Of a stretch of 64,000 bases of DNA, positions 9,892-19,127 are shown piece by piece. The DNA is taken from IMG/VR virus record IMGVR_UViG_3300044633_000899, positions 232,331 through 296,330 of that record; one strand, 5' to 3'. The translations under genes were made by a program, and so were the position numbers. The notes under the pieces were generated by a model that worked only from the letters and a program-made list of their open reading frames with translations, did no database searches and was not told the DNA's origin. Numbering within the stretch: the first letter of the stretch is position 1; each line of letters opens with the position of its first letter.

Positions 9892-10341
9892 TTAAATTGT
9901 GGTGTTGTGTATACCAACAATATGGTTATACGTTGTGATTCCCTTTAAATCATAGACCTCATCCAACCACGTTTCTACAAGGGTTGTAATGTCACCAAAG
10001 TTAATATCAAAATTATCTTCCAAAATTGTCCATATTTCGTCATAATTAATGAAAACATATTTAATTTTTCTATCGTAAATCATAAAATTATGACCTTTTT
10101 TATATCTATACAATACCCAATTTGGTTCTTCTTCACTCTGAACAACATCCAAATCATTAAATAAGTTCAAGAAATCCATTGGTTCTTTAATATCAAAGAT
10201 ATCAAAAGTTTTATCCAAAGACCCAACAACTCTTATCGTTGATTCAAATCCAACCTTTTTGATTAAACTCAATAATTTTTCTTTTAAAGAAACGTTTTCT
10301 TTGATTAGTTTGTATTGACTTTCGGTTATTATTATTCGCAT
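9892..10341 (-). CDS. Variable-tail family protein
   Basis: 149 aa, family core; WLDEVYDLKGIT plus unique tail TYNHIVGIHNTTI*. Confidence 0.9.
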   Translation of the reverse strand: MRIIITESQYKLIKENVSLKEKLLSLIKKVGFESTIRVVGSLDKTFDIFDIKEPMDFLNLFNDLDVVQSEEEPNWVLYRYKKGHNFMIYDRKIKYVFINYDEIWTILEDNFDINFGDITTLVETWLDEVYDLKGITTYNHIVGIHNTTI

Positions 10342-10352
10342 AATAATAAATA

Positions 10353-12110
10353 TTACATTTTTTGATTAATTGATTTTAAAATTTCTTCAACGGTATCACC
10401 AGGGTCTGAACTAACATCACCCATAACAGTACCAATTATTTTTTTCTTATTGTTTAATATGTCATAAATAGCACCCTCAATTGTGTTGATAAACAAAGGA
10501 TAATAAACCAATACATTATTTTTTTGACCATATCTGTACGCCCTATCTTCGGCTTGTGCGTGTTCCGCTGGGACAAAAGATAAGTCATTCATTATTACCG
10601 CTTCAGCCTTTGTTAGTGTTAAACCAACCCCCGCCGCTTTTAGATTTCCAACAAATACTTTTATCTTGTCGTTTTCTTGAAACTGGTCAACAGCATATTG
10701 TCTTTGTGTTTTATTACAACTACCATCCAAATAGACAGATTGTTTACCGAAGTGATTATGAATCATTTGTAACGTTTCCGTAAAGTTTGTAAAAATAATA
10801 ACTTTCTTATCTTGATCAATTATATTTTGGGCAAATTCAATTGTTTCTTTAACCTTTTCATTAGCAATCAATTTTCTAATTTGCATAAGTTTTGAAAATT
10901 GTACCGTTAACGACGACGACCCTTCTTCTTTATCCAACCACACATAATATTCACCCATAAGGTCTTTATACTCTTTTGATGTTGTTTTTAAATAAATTGG
11001 TGTTATTATCTTATCTGGTAAATCTAAAACCTCATCTTTTAACCTACGAAGAATTTGACCCGAAGTTCTTTCCCTTAGTTCTTCCAAGTTTGATGCACCA
11101 TTAACATTCCAAACCTTTCTATTGCCAGCCCTAAATTGATAACCTTCACAATAACGAATAGCATATGCCATCCAGTTTTGTGCAACAGGACTTTCAATCA
11201 AGTTTAATAAATTATAATAATTGATTGGTCTGTTTGTCATTGGTGTTCCCGTTAATAACCACAAATATTTGGCCTTTTTTGTAAAACTATTAATTATTTT
11301 TGTTCTGGCCGCCTGACTATTACTTACCATATGTGCCTCATCCAATATGATCAAATCAAAATTAATTTGACCTATAACCGAATCGTGGGGGTTTTTAATG
11401 TCATAAAAATTTTTTAAGATGTCATAATTAACAATTACAATGTCGTGTTCCGTTGAGAATTTTTTACCTTCCGCAATAAAAACAGATTTATCTGAATATA
11501 TTGCAATCTCTCGTTGCCAATTTATTTTAAGAGACGCGGGACAAACAACTAAAATCTTTTTCGCTTTGGTCTCAAGTGCTGCAATAATTGTGGAGCATGA
11601 CTTGCCAACGCCCATGTCATCCGCCAAAATAAACCTTTTTGACCCCACCAATTTCTCAATCGCTTCTTTTTGATGTGGTAATGGGGGTCTGTTGTCATAC
11701 TTTGAGTAATCAACCTCAACCTTTTCAATTGTATGTGATTTTATTAATGATGATTTTGGAATCCAAAATTCGGATAATTGATCCTTCTCAAAGAACTTAC
11801 CCCAAATATGGTAGGACTTATCTTTTTCAACTAATAATTTCTCAATGTAAATTTGTTTTGGTGTTTCAAGAAAATACCTTTCTTTAGCGAATTTTTCAGC
11901 AAAATACGTATCAAGGTCAACCCACTTTCTAGCGACTTTTGGGTTCGTACTATAATAATTTACAATATATTCCGCTTGAGTTCTAGTTGGGTAAAACTTT
12001 TTATTTGTTTGTTTTTTGACTTTCATATATAATATATGATTGTTCGCACCATCATATGTGTCCAATAATTCTAAAGCCTTATGTTCTATTAGTTGTTTTT
12101 GATTTTCCAA
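10353..12110 (-). CDS. SNF2-family (SWI2/SNF2) helicase/ATPase
   Basis: ILADDMGVGKS, LIILDEAH, LTGTP, QAEDRAYRYGQ motifs. Confidence 0.92.
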   Translation of the reverse strand: MENQKQLIEHKALELLDTYDGANNHILYMKVKKQTNKKFYPTRTQAEYIVNYYSTNPKVARKWVDLDTYFAEKFAKERYFLETPKQIYIEKLLVEKDKSYHIWGKFFEKDQLSEFWIPKSSLIKSHTIEKVEVDYSKYDNRPPLPHQKEAIEKLVGSKRFILADDMGVGKSCSTIIAALETKAKKILVVCPASLKINWQREIAIYSDKSVFIAEGKKFSTEHDIVIVNYDILKNFYDIKNPHDSVIGQINFDLIILDEAHMVSNSQAARTKIINSFTKKAKYLWLLTGTPMTNRPINYYNLLNLIESPVAQNWMAYAIRYCEGYQFRAGNRKVWNVNGASNLEELRERTSGQILRRLKDEVLDLPDKIITPIYLKTTSKEYKDLMGEYYVWLDKEEGSSSLTVQFSKLMQIRKLIANEKVKETIEFAQNIIDQDKKVIIFTNFTETLQMIHNHFGKQSVYLDGSCNKTQRQYAVDQFQENDKIKVFVGNLKAAGVGLTLTKAEAVIMNDLSFVPAEHAQAEDRAYRYGQKNNVLVYYPLFINTIEGAIYDILNNKKKIIGTVMGDVSSDPGDTVEEILKSINQKM

Positions 12111-12174
12111 AATTACCCGTTAATAAATAAAAATAATTATAAATTTGATATTTATAAATACAAAACAATTTAAA

Positions 12175-12690
12175 ATGAATACACCAAGAGTTCCAATAAC
12201 AAGATTAGGTAAGTTTTTTGGCTCAAATGATTTTGATTTAGAGGTCTCACTTTCCGAGGAATGGTTGATTGGCGATATGAATTACACTTGTGTGTTGTAC
12301 CGTGTTGATAAAACCAAAACCAAAACTGACGATGTTTACGGTGAAACGGTACCTGATGGTATTAAGTTTTTACCCCCAGTTGAGTTTAACGCACAGGTTA
12401 CAATTGCGTCACCAGAAAATAAACTTATGGGTTCAACAAAATTAGATCAACTTGAACCTGGTAATATAACTGTTTCGGTATTTTTAAAGACTTTGGACGA
12501 TCTTAATATTGATATTGAGTTTGGTGATTATATTGGGTATTACGACACAGAAAGTTTTGTAAGATATTATACCGTTGTTAACGATGGTCGTATAACGTCT
12601 GATACAAAACATACATATAAAGGATATCGTCCTTTTTATAGAACAATAACTGGAGCACCTGTTGGTCCTAACGAATTTAGGGGTTTATAA
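12175..12690 (+). CDS. Head-closure/neck protein (T4 gp14-like)
   Basis: YRVD...DDVYGE pattern; the ATG at 12175 is preferred because the TTG at 12145 lies upstream of the TATTTAT motif. Confidence 0.55.
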   Translation: MNTPRVPITRLGKFFGSNDFDLEVSLSEEWLIGDMNYTCVLYRVDKTKTKTDDVYGETVPDGIKFLPPVEFNAQVTIASPENKLMGSTKLDQLEPGNITVSVFLKTLDDLNIDIEFGDYIGYYDTESFVRYYTVVNDGRITSDTKHTYKGYRPFYRTITGAPVGPNEFRGL

Positions 12691-12693
12691 TTT

Positions 12694-13734
12694 ATGGCAC
12701 TACCAAAAAAAATAAAAAAAGATATTAATCTAATAGAGAGTAAAACTTTATTACCTAGACGGCATGAGATGGCAGATATGATTTCACAAGATGGAACGTA
12801 TTTACCCAAATCATTATTACATTCCGATTTAGATAGGGGGTTTATGGATTTTGTTCGTGACGATTTAAAATGTGTTGTTGATGGAAAAATAATACCAACA
12901 ATTGATGTGTTGATAACAACTCAAAACTGGGCACAATTTACGGAAACTTGGGATTTTCAAAACATTGATAAAAACGCGGAACCACCATTTATTGGTATTG
13001 TTAGATCACCAGAAGTAACGTTTGGTAATAACCCATCAATTATGTTGTCAAATATTCCAAATAGAAGACAATATTTCTATATGAAAGTACCGACTTGGGA
13101 CGGTCAAAGAAATGGTTACGATATATATAAAATACCTCAACCAATACCTGTTGACATCAAATATACCGTTATTATCGTTTGTAATAGAATGCGTGAATTA
13201 AATAAATTAAACCAAATTATTATTACAAAATTCGCATCAAAACAAGCGTATCATATTATTAAGGGTCATTATATTCCTATTATTATGGGGAATATTTCCG
13301 ACGAATCAAGTATGGATTTGGAAAAAAGAAAGGTTTATTTACAAAAATACGAATTTACGTTACAAGGGTTTTTGATGGATGAAGATGAATTTGAGATAAC
13401 CCCAGCGATTACAAGAACGTTTCAGATTTATGAAACCGACACTAAAATAAAAACTAGAAAACCAAAAAAACAAATTCCTGAAATACCACAAACGTATACT
13501 GAAAAATATTCTATTGGTAATGTTGTATCTGTTTATAAGTTTAATTACACAACAAATCTTAAATTATCATCAAATCAAAACATCACTCAATTTGAGGTGT
13601 ATATTAATGATGATTTTTACGGTAATGATTTAACGGAAATACAAATAAATACTGGTGATGAATTAAGAATCACCGTAACAAAGGATAATATTGGTCAGGT
13701 TTCTGAGATTGTGTTTTTACAAGAGATTATTTAA
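12694..13734 (+). CDS. Tail terminator/completion protein (gp15-like)
   Basis: Position after the neck gene and before the sheath; PIPVDIKYTVIIV...LNQIII pattern typical of tail-completion proteins. Confidence 0.5.
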   Translation: MALPKKIKKDINLIESKTLLPRRHEMADMISQDGTYLPKSLLHSDLDRGFMDFVRDDLKCVVDGKIIPTIDVLITTQNWAQFTETWDFQNIDKNAEPPFIGIVRSPEVTFGNNPSIMLSNIPNRRQYFYMKVPTWDGQRNGYDIYKIPQPIPVDIKYTVIIVCNRMRELNKLNQIIITKFASKQAYHIIKGHYIPIIMGNISDESSMDLEKRKVYLQKYEFTLQGFLMDEDEFEITPAITRTFQIYETDTKIKTRKPKKQIPEIPQTYTEKYSIGNVVSVYKFNYTTNLKLSSNQNITQFEVYINDDFYGNDLTEIQINTGDELRITVTKDNIGQVSEIVFLQEII

Positions 13735-13794
13735 TATTTTTTATTAAAAAATCGTTTTTTTTTTTTTTGATATATTTATAATAAAAAACATATT

Positions 13795-14211
13795 ATGAAA
13801 AAAATTTTAAGACTAACAGAAAACGATTTAACCCGTATCGTTAAACGAGTTATTCGTGAACAAGATGGTGAATCACATAATAAAATATCAGATGAAGATT
13901 TTGATTCTTTTTTAGATGTTTTATCACAATATGAATCAGGTGACATTACTTGGGATGACTTTTTAGAAAAAAGTGAAGCTATTGGTTCAAAATATGTGGT
14001 TGGACCAAAACCAAAATCAAACGTTTTTATTGGGTTGTCTAATCAAGTTGAAGAGTTTAATCAAAAGTTGTCAAACCATTATGATGACCTAATTAGAAAT
14101 TCTACGTTATTTGGTAATATTTATGATGCTTACGAATCTGGTGAATTAACTAACGATGAAGGGTTCACTCTATTGAAAATGATCCGTACGGTAGAATATA
14201 ACGACCGTTAA
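13795..14211 (+). CDS. Acidic protein with LTExDLxRIVxRVIxE leader, putative internal head protein
   Basis: MKKILRLTENDLTRIVKRVIREQ N-terminus shared with 47881 and 52024; own TATTTAT motif at 13773. Confidence 0.75.
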   Translation: MKKILRLTENDLTRIVKRVIREQDGESHNKISDEDFDSFLDVLSQYESGDITWDDFLEKSEAIGSKYVVGPKPKSNVFIGLSNQVEEFNQKLSNHYDDLIRNSTLFGNIYDAYESGELTNDEGFTLLKMIRTVEYNDR

Positions 14212-14326
14212 TGTTTAAAATCGTCCGATAAAGGTGATCCTATTGAAGTAATTAAAGAAGTTTCAGAACGAAGTGAAAGGGGTTTACAGTAAATTTTTAT
14301 AAAGTAATCACTAATGTTATCATATT

Positions 14327-15256
14327 TTAAAAATTTAATAGTTTCAATGTATGGTTAACATTGTTCCCATTAAGATATGTTGTGTAATATTGTCTTGCGT
14401 TTTTTGTTATAAATTTTAAAAATTCTAAATCATCTTTTACATTTAAAAATTTTTTTTCAATTAGTTTAGCGTGTTTTTCTAAACCTAACCTATCAGTTGA
14501 TAGTCCATTATGTCTTGGTATGTCGTCTGGTCTATCAACTGATATATAGTGATAATTTGGTATGAGTTTTGGGTTCAATTCACTTAGATATTCAAACCTT
14601 AAAAAAGGTATACCTAAACACATATATTCAATGTCTCTATAACATAATTCCCCAACTCCAGCTACTGATAGTCCAATTTTATATTTTATAATATCGTCAA
14701 AATAATTTGGAACTGGTTGAAACCCTTCAACATATTTTTTATCAAAAAATTGGGTTATTGGTCTTTCACTTACAGTACCCCTAAAGCACATCTTATCAAT
14801 ATAAGATTTAAATGTTTCTCTTTTTTCATAAAACATTTCATAATCAAAGACATCTTGAGGAAAATAAATCCAAGGACTATATTTTTCAATACTATCACCA
14901 ACATGTTGTTTTAGATAATTATAATTAAATTGTGACAATAAAACTTTTTTTAAAAACGGATTATTATGTTCATTTAAAATTGCTGTAGATAATCTATCTG
15001 AAACTGATAAAACATAAAATTCACCAGTATCATCAAATTCAATCACATATTCACATTCGTGTAATACGAAATATTTTGAGTTACCTTTTTTTAATTTTAT
15101 TGGAAACTGATGTGAATTTGCAAATTCAAAAAACCTATTTTCCACAACAACAAAACGTTTTTTTAATTCATCTGTTAATTTATCCCAAAATAAATTATAG
15201 TTTCTATAGTATCTTGTGTTTTCATTACACGGATTGTGTACGATAATTTTTCTCAT
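14327..15256 (-). CDS. Putative glycosyltransferase (GT-B-like C-terminal domain)
   Basis: CFRG followed by KYKIGLSVAGVGELCYRDIEYMCLGIPFL, resembling the nucleotide-sugar-binding segment of GT-B-type enzymes. Confidence 0.5.
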   Translation of the reverse strand: MRKIIVHNPCNENTRYYRNYNLFWDKLTDELKKRFVVVENRFFEFANSHQFPIKLKKGNSKYFVLHECEYVIEFDDTGEFYVLSVSDRLSTAILNEHNNPFLKKVLLSQFNYNYLKQHVGDSIEKYSPWIYFPQDVFDYEMFYEKRETFKSYIDKMCFRGTVSERPITQFFDKKYVEGFQPVPNYFDDIIKYKIGLSVAGVGELCYRDIEYMCLGIPFLRFEYLSELNPKLIPNYHYISVDRPDDIPRHNGLSTDRLGLEKHAKLIEKKFLNVKDDLEFLKFITKNARQYYTTYLNGNNVNHTLKLLNF

Positions 15257-15371
15257 AATTATATATTATTATGAATTTATTTTAAAAAAAAATATAGTGA
15301 TTTTTAATTATAAAATAAATAATACTTATTATGAAAGTCATTCCATAATAATACGAAAACGTTAAAAATTT

Positions 15372-15536
15372 TTAATCATCCCCGTAAATATCTCTTTTTT
15401 CCTTACATTTTTCAATTATTAGACTCTCAAGAAATTTATACATTTTAATCCCTCGTTTATCACAATATTTCTTTAAAACATCGTGAACGTCCTTATCAAT
15501 CTTTAAATTTTTAATTTTTTTTTCGTTTGGTTCCAT
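15372..15536 (-). CDS. 54-aa ribbon-helix-helix-like DNA-binding protein (absent from ORF track)
   Basis: Translates MEPNEKKIKNLKIDKDVHDVLKKYCDKRGIKMYKFLESLIIEKCKEKRDIYGDD*, a beta-alpha-alpha pattern of CopG/MetJ type. Confidence 0.75.
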   Translation of the reverse strand: MEPNEKKIKNLKIDKDVHDVLKKYCDKRGIKMYKFLESLIIEKCKEKRDIYGDD

Positions 15537-15656
15537 AAGTAGAAAAAAGGTAGAAAAAAAACCTACCTATCTATAAATACTTTTAAGTATGTAAAGTTTT
15601 TGATAAAAACGTGAATATTTATTAATAAAATAAAATTATAAATAAAATTAAAATCT

Positions 15657-18600
15657 ATGGCAACTAACAGTAAAATATTTGTATCACCAGGTGTTTATAC
15701 TTCAGAAGTGGATTTAAGTTTTGTCGCGCAGAGTGTTGGTGTTACAACACTTGGTATTGCGGGGGAAACTTTAAAAGGTCCGGCTTTTGAACCAATTTTC
15801 ATTAAAAACTTTGACGAATTCCAAAATTATTTTGGGGGTACGTCACCGGAAAAATTTGTTAATACACAAATTCCGAAATATGAAGCGTCGTACATCGCAA
15901 AAGCGTATCTACAACAATCTAATCAATTATTTGTAACTAGAATCCTTGGATTATCTGGTTATGATGCGGGACCATCTTGGTCAATTGTAACTAAAGCAAA
16001 CGTTGATCCAACAACCGTTGATTTTATGTGTGAAAGTGGTCAAACGATTGATTGTGAATTTGTTTGTCAAGAACCAAGTGGTAACACGTTTAGTTTTGGA
16101 TTTGTCGGTTGTACAAATTCGTCTGAAACAATTGAATATTCTGAAACTTCATTACCAATTCAAATTGAAAGTATGTTGACCACACAATATGAAACATTTA
16201 ATGGGTCTGTATCAACATTGGATGCAAACATTAGAAGTTTGATTAGTGGTGTTATGGCCGAACCATCAACATCAGCAGATACTATTAGTTATTTCGGTTC
16301 AATTTGGGGTGACGATTATAGTACTTTATCAACATTGTTTACAAACGAAAATAATGTGTTTAATGTTCCCTCACCATCAAGTGAGTTAACAGACTACACA
16401 TCACCATTTAACGATCCTTGGTATTACGCTCAATTTGAAAACATTGGTAATGGTTTATACTCAGGTTTTTCATTCTTCTTATATGTTGACGAATTATCTG
16501 AAATTATACCAGTAACAACAACAACAACAACGTTACCACCAACTCCAACTCCAACACCAGATCCGTGTAATCCAACACCAACTACAACAACAACGACAAC
16601 AACACAACCAGAGGTTATTACTTGTTATTCAGGTAATGTTGTTGGTAAAATTTATTACTATTCAGGTATTTCTTATACGGAATATGATAATTTAGTTGTT
16701 GGAACATTAAGATCTAGAGGTATCGCAACATACGCTGACGGTAATAATCCAGTATTTGAGGTTTCAGCAACAACAAATGTTACTTTAAATATGGGTGGTC
16801 AGTATAGTCCTGTTCTTAAAGATCCGTATATGCCGTTTGCGATAAATGTAACAAATAACACTGGTACTAACTTTGTTTTTGAAGCGTCATTTTCTCAATC
16901 CGATTCACAATATATTGCTAAAGTATTTGGTGGTACAAATTTTGGGAAACCAAGAACCTCAACACCATTGTTTTTAGAAGAGAATTTCCAATCAATATTA
17001 AATTACGGATGGAAAAAAGGTTATATTAGAGGTTTAAGTTCTGATTTAATTGCGTTGGATTCGGCTCAAAGTAACGATTCATCATCAATTGGTTGGTATT
17101 TAGATAAATATCAAACACCATCTTCACCTTGGGTTGTTTCTGAATTAAGAGGTAATAAAACATTTAACCTATTTAAATTCTATACAATATCTGATGGTAA
17201 TTCAGCAAACAGCGAGGTTAAAGTTTCATTTATTAATATGTCATTCAATAACAGAACTTTTGATGTTTTAGTTAGAGATTATTATGATGTTGACGCAAAT
17301 CCAGTTGTACTTGAGAAATTTACAAACTGTACAATGGATCCGTCACAAAATAATTTTATCGCGAAAAAAATCGGTACACTAGATGGTGAATACCAGTTAA
17401 ATTCAAAATATATAATGGTTGAAATGAATGAGGACGCACCTACAGATGCTTTACCTTGTGGTTTTGATGGTTATGTGTTTAGAGAATACGCTGACGCTAA
17501 ATCACCATTCCCAGTTTATAAAACAAAATATGATTTCCCTGGTGAGGTTGTTTATAACCCCCCATTTGGTTTCTCAAGCGGAAATGACGATGCAATAATT
17601 TCTGGTGGTGATAATGTTAGAAAAACATATTTAGGATTTTCTAATAACATCGGATTTGATACTAGTTTCTTTGAATATAAAGGAAAAAGAACCCCTGTAT
17701 CTTCATGCGATTTAGAGGGTGGTGAATGGTCTTACAAGACACGAGGTTTCCATATGGATAAATTCGCTAGTGGTATAACAGTTTCAAACGGATTTACAAC
17801 AAGTGGATCACCAAAATATTACGTTGGTGATGCAGCATTTTCATCTGAACCAACAAGTATTGAAAGTCCTTATTATAGATTATTCTCAAGAAAATTCACA
17901 ATGCTTGTTGGTGGTGGATTTGACGGATGGGATATTTATAGAGAACATAGAACAAATAGTGATCGTTTCGTTTTAGGTCGTGCAGGATTCCTAAATGGTG
18001 CGTGTGTTTCTGATAGATATCCGAACGCTAAAGGTTGGGGTGCATTTAAACAAATCGCCGTTGGTGATGGTACTGTTGACTACGCAAACACTGATTACTA
18101 CGCTTATTTATTGGGTATTAGAACATTTGCAAATCCAGAAGCGGTTAATATAAACGTATTTGTATCACCAGGTATTGATTATGTGAATAATAGTGACTTA
18201 GTTGAAGCTACGATTGATATGGTTGAGAATGAAAGAGCCGATTCATTATATATCACAACAACACCAGATTATAATATGTTTGTTGCGTCAACAACAGAAG
18301 GTGATAATTTTATCTACCCACAAGAAGCGGTTGATAATTTAGAGGAAACTGGAATTGATTCAAACTATACTGCAACATATTACCCTTGGGTGTTAACTAG
18401 AGATAGTGTTAATAACACACAAGTTTATATACCAGCAACGGCTGAGGTTACAAAAAACCTAGCGTTAACTGATAATATCGCATTCCCTTGGTTCGCGGCC
18501 GCTGGATATACTCGTGGTATTGTAAATTCTGTTAAGGCTCGTAAAAAGTTAACACAAGAAGACAGAGACGTTCTATATACTGGTAGACTTAATCCAATTG

Positions 18601-18980
18601 CAACATTCGCTGACGTGGGTACTGTAATTTGGGGTAATAAAACATTACAAGTTAGAGAATCAGCACTTGATAGAATTAACGTTAGAAGATTGTTATTACA
18701 AGCACGTAAATTAATATCTGCGGTTTCTGTAAGGTTGTTATTTGACCAAAACGATGAACAAGTTAGACAAGACTTCTTGAACGCTGTTAATCCAATTTTG
18801 GATGCGATTAGAAGAGATAGAGGTTTATATGACTTTAGAGTTGAGGTATCAAGTGATACTGCTGATTTAGATAGAAATCAATTGACGGGGAAGGTGTATA
18901 TCAAGCCAACTAGATCGCTAGAATATATCGATATTACATTCTATATCACACCTACTGGTGCGTCGTTTGACAACATTTAA
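15657..18980 (+). CDS. Contractile tail sheath protein (gp18-like) with large insertions
   Basis: N-terminal SPGVYTSEVDLS; C-terminal WFAAAGYTRG, LNPIATF, VIWGNKTLQ, RINVRRLL, YIKPTRSLEYIDITF. Confidence 0.93.
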   Translation: MATNSKIFVSPGVYTSEVDLSFVAQSVGVTTLGIAGETLKGPAFEPIFIKNFDEFQNYFGGTSPEKFVNTQIPKYEASYIAKAYLQQSNQLFVTRILGLSGYDAGPSWSIVTKANVDPTTVDFMCESGQTIDCEFVCQEPSGNTFSFGFVGCTNSSETIEYSETSLPIQIESMLTTQYETFNGSVSTLDANIRSLISGVMAEPSTSADTISYFGSIWGDDYSTLSTLFTNENNVFNVPSPSSELTDYTSPFNDPWYYAQFENIGNGLYSGFSFFLYVDELSEIIPVTTTTTTLPPTPTPTPDPCNPTPTTTTTTTTQPEVITCYSGNVVGKIYYYSGISYTEYDNLVVGTLRSRGIATYADGNNPVFEVSATTNVTLNMGGQYSPVLKDPYMPFAINVTNNTGTNFVFEASFSQSDSQYIAKVFGGTNFGKPRTSTPLFLEENFQSILNYGWKKGYIRGLSSDLIALDSAQSNDSSSIGWYLDKYQTPSSPWVVSELRGNKTFNLFKFYTISDGNSANSEVKVSFINMSFNNRTFDVLVRDYYDVDANPVVLEKFTNCTMDPSQNNFIAKKIGTLDGEYQLNSKYIMVEMNEDAPTDALPCGFDGYVFREYADAKSPFPVYKTKYDFPGEVVYNPPFGFSSGNDDAIISGGDNVRKTYLGFSNNIGFDTSFFEYKGKRTPVSSCDLEGGEWSYKTRGFHMDKFASGITVSNGFTTSGSPKYYVGDAAFSSEPTSIESPYYRLFSRKFTMLVGGGFDGWDIYREHRTNSDRFVLGRAGFLNGACVSDRYPNAKGWGAFKQIAVGDGTVDYANTDYYAYLLGIRTFANPEAVNINVFVSPGIDYVNNSDLVEATIDMVENERADSLYITTTPDYNMFVASTTEGDNFIYPQEAVDNLEETGIDSNYTATYYPWVLTRDSVNNTQVYIPATAEVTKNLALTDNIAFPWFAAAGYTRGIVNSVKARKKLTQEDRDVLYTGRLNPIATFADVGTVIWGNKTLQVRESALDRINVRRLLLQARKLISAVSVRLLFDQNDEQVRQDFLNAVNPILDAIRRDRGLYDFRVEVSSDTADLDRNQLTGKVYIKPTRSLEYIDITFYITPTGASFDNI

Positions 18981-19008
18981 TAAGAATAAAATAAAAAAAT
19001 AAGATAAG

Positions 19009-19040
19009 ATCCTCCAAGTAATTTGGGGGATTTTGTTTTT
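19009..19040 (+). terminator. Rho-independent terminator after the sheath gene
   Basis: ATCCTCCAA-gtaat-TTGGGGGAT hairpin followed by a T-rich run. Confidence 0.75.
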
Positions 19041-19066
19041 GATATATAAGTTTTTTTTAAAAAAAT

Positions 19067-19097
19067 GTTGTTGGTTAAATAAAAAATTATAACTTTG
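19067..19097 (+). promoter_or_regulatory. Bacteroidota-type promoter GTTG-N19-TAACTTTG
   Basis: Matches the -33 TTG / -7 TAnnTTTG consensus, 30 nt upstream of the HAD gene. Confidence 0.45.
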
Positions 19098-19127
19098 TCA
19101 AGTAAATAAAGAAATATATTAACAGAG

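Larger units (their letters stand above)
6892..9968 (-). repeat. Dispersed repeat-spacer-repeat units (consensus GGTTGGATGAGGTCTACAATTTAAGGGGAGTCAC) at the 3' end of each paralogue
   Basis: Full/partial pairs at 7906-7939/7849-7872 (33-nt gap), 7421-7454/7364-7387 (33), 9482-9515/9424-9447 (34), 6941-6968/6892-6915 (25), and 9935-9968 with a 9-nt remnant at 9892-9900. Confidence 0.85.

Noticed and set aside
6424-10341. Diversity-generating retroelement (VR/TR pairs)
   Set aside because: No reverse transcriptase in the window, and the tails are non-homologous rather than differing only at adenines.
6424-10341. Integron cassette array or shufflon
   Set aside because: No integrase or invertase nearby; the repeats are direct, lack attC-type GTTRRRY/RYYYAAC inverted cores, and each gene has its own upstream motif.
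15256-15657. tRNA or structured ncRNA in the larger intergenic gaps (also 19922-20131, 48826-49000, 51856-52024)
   Set aside because: No cloverleaf, T-loop or CCA pattern; the gaps are explained by a small ORF, promoters, terminators or low-complexity sequence.
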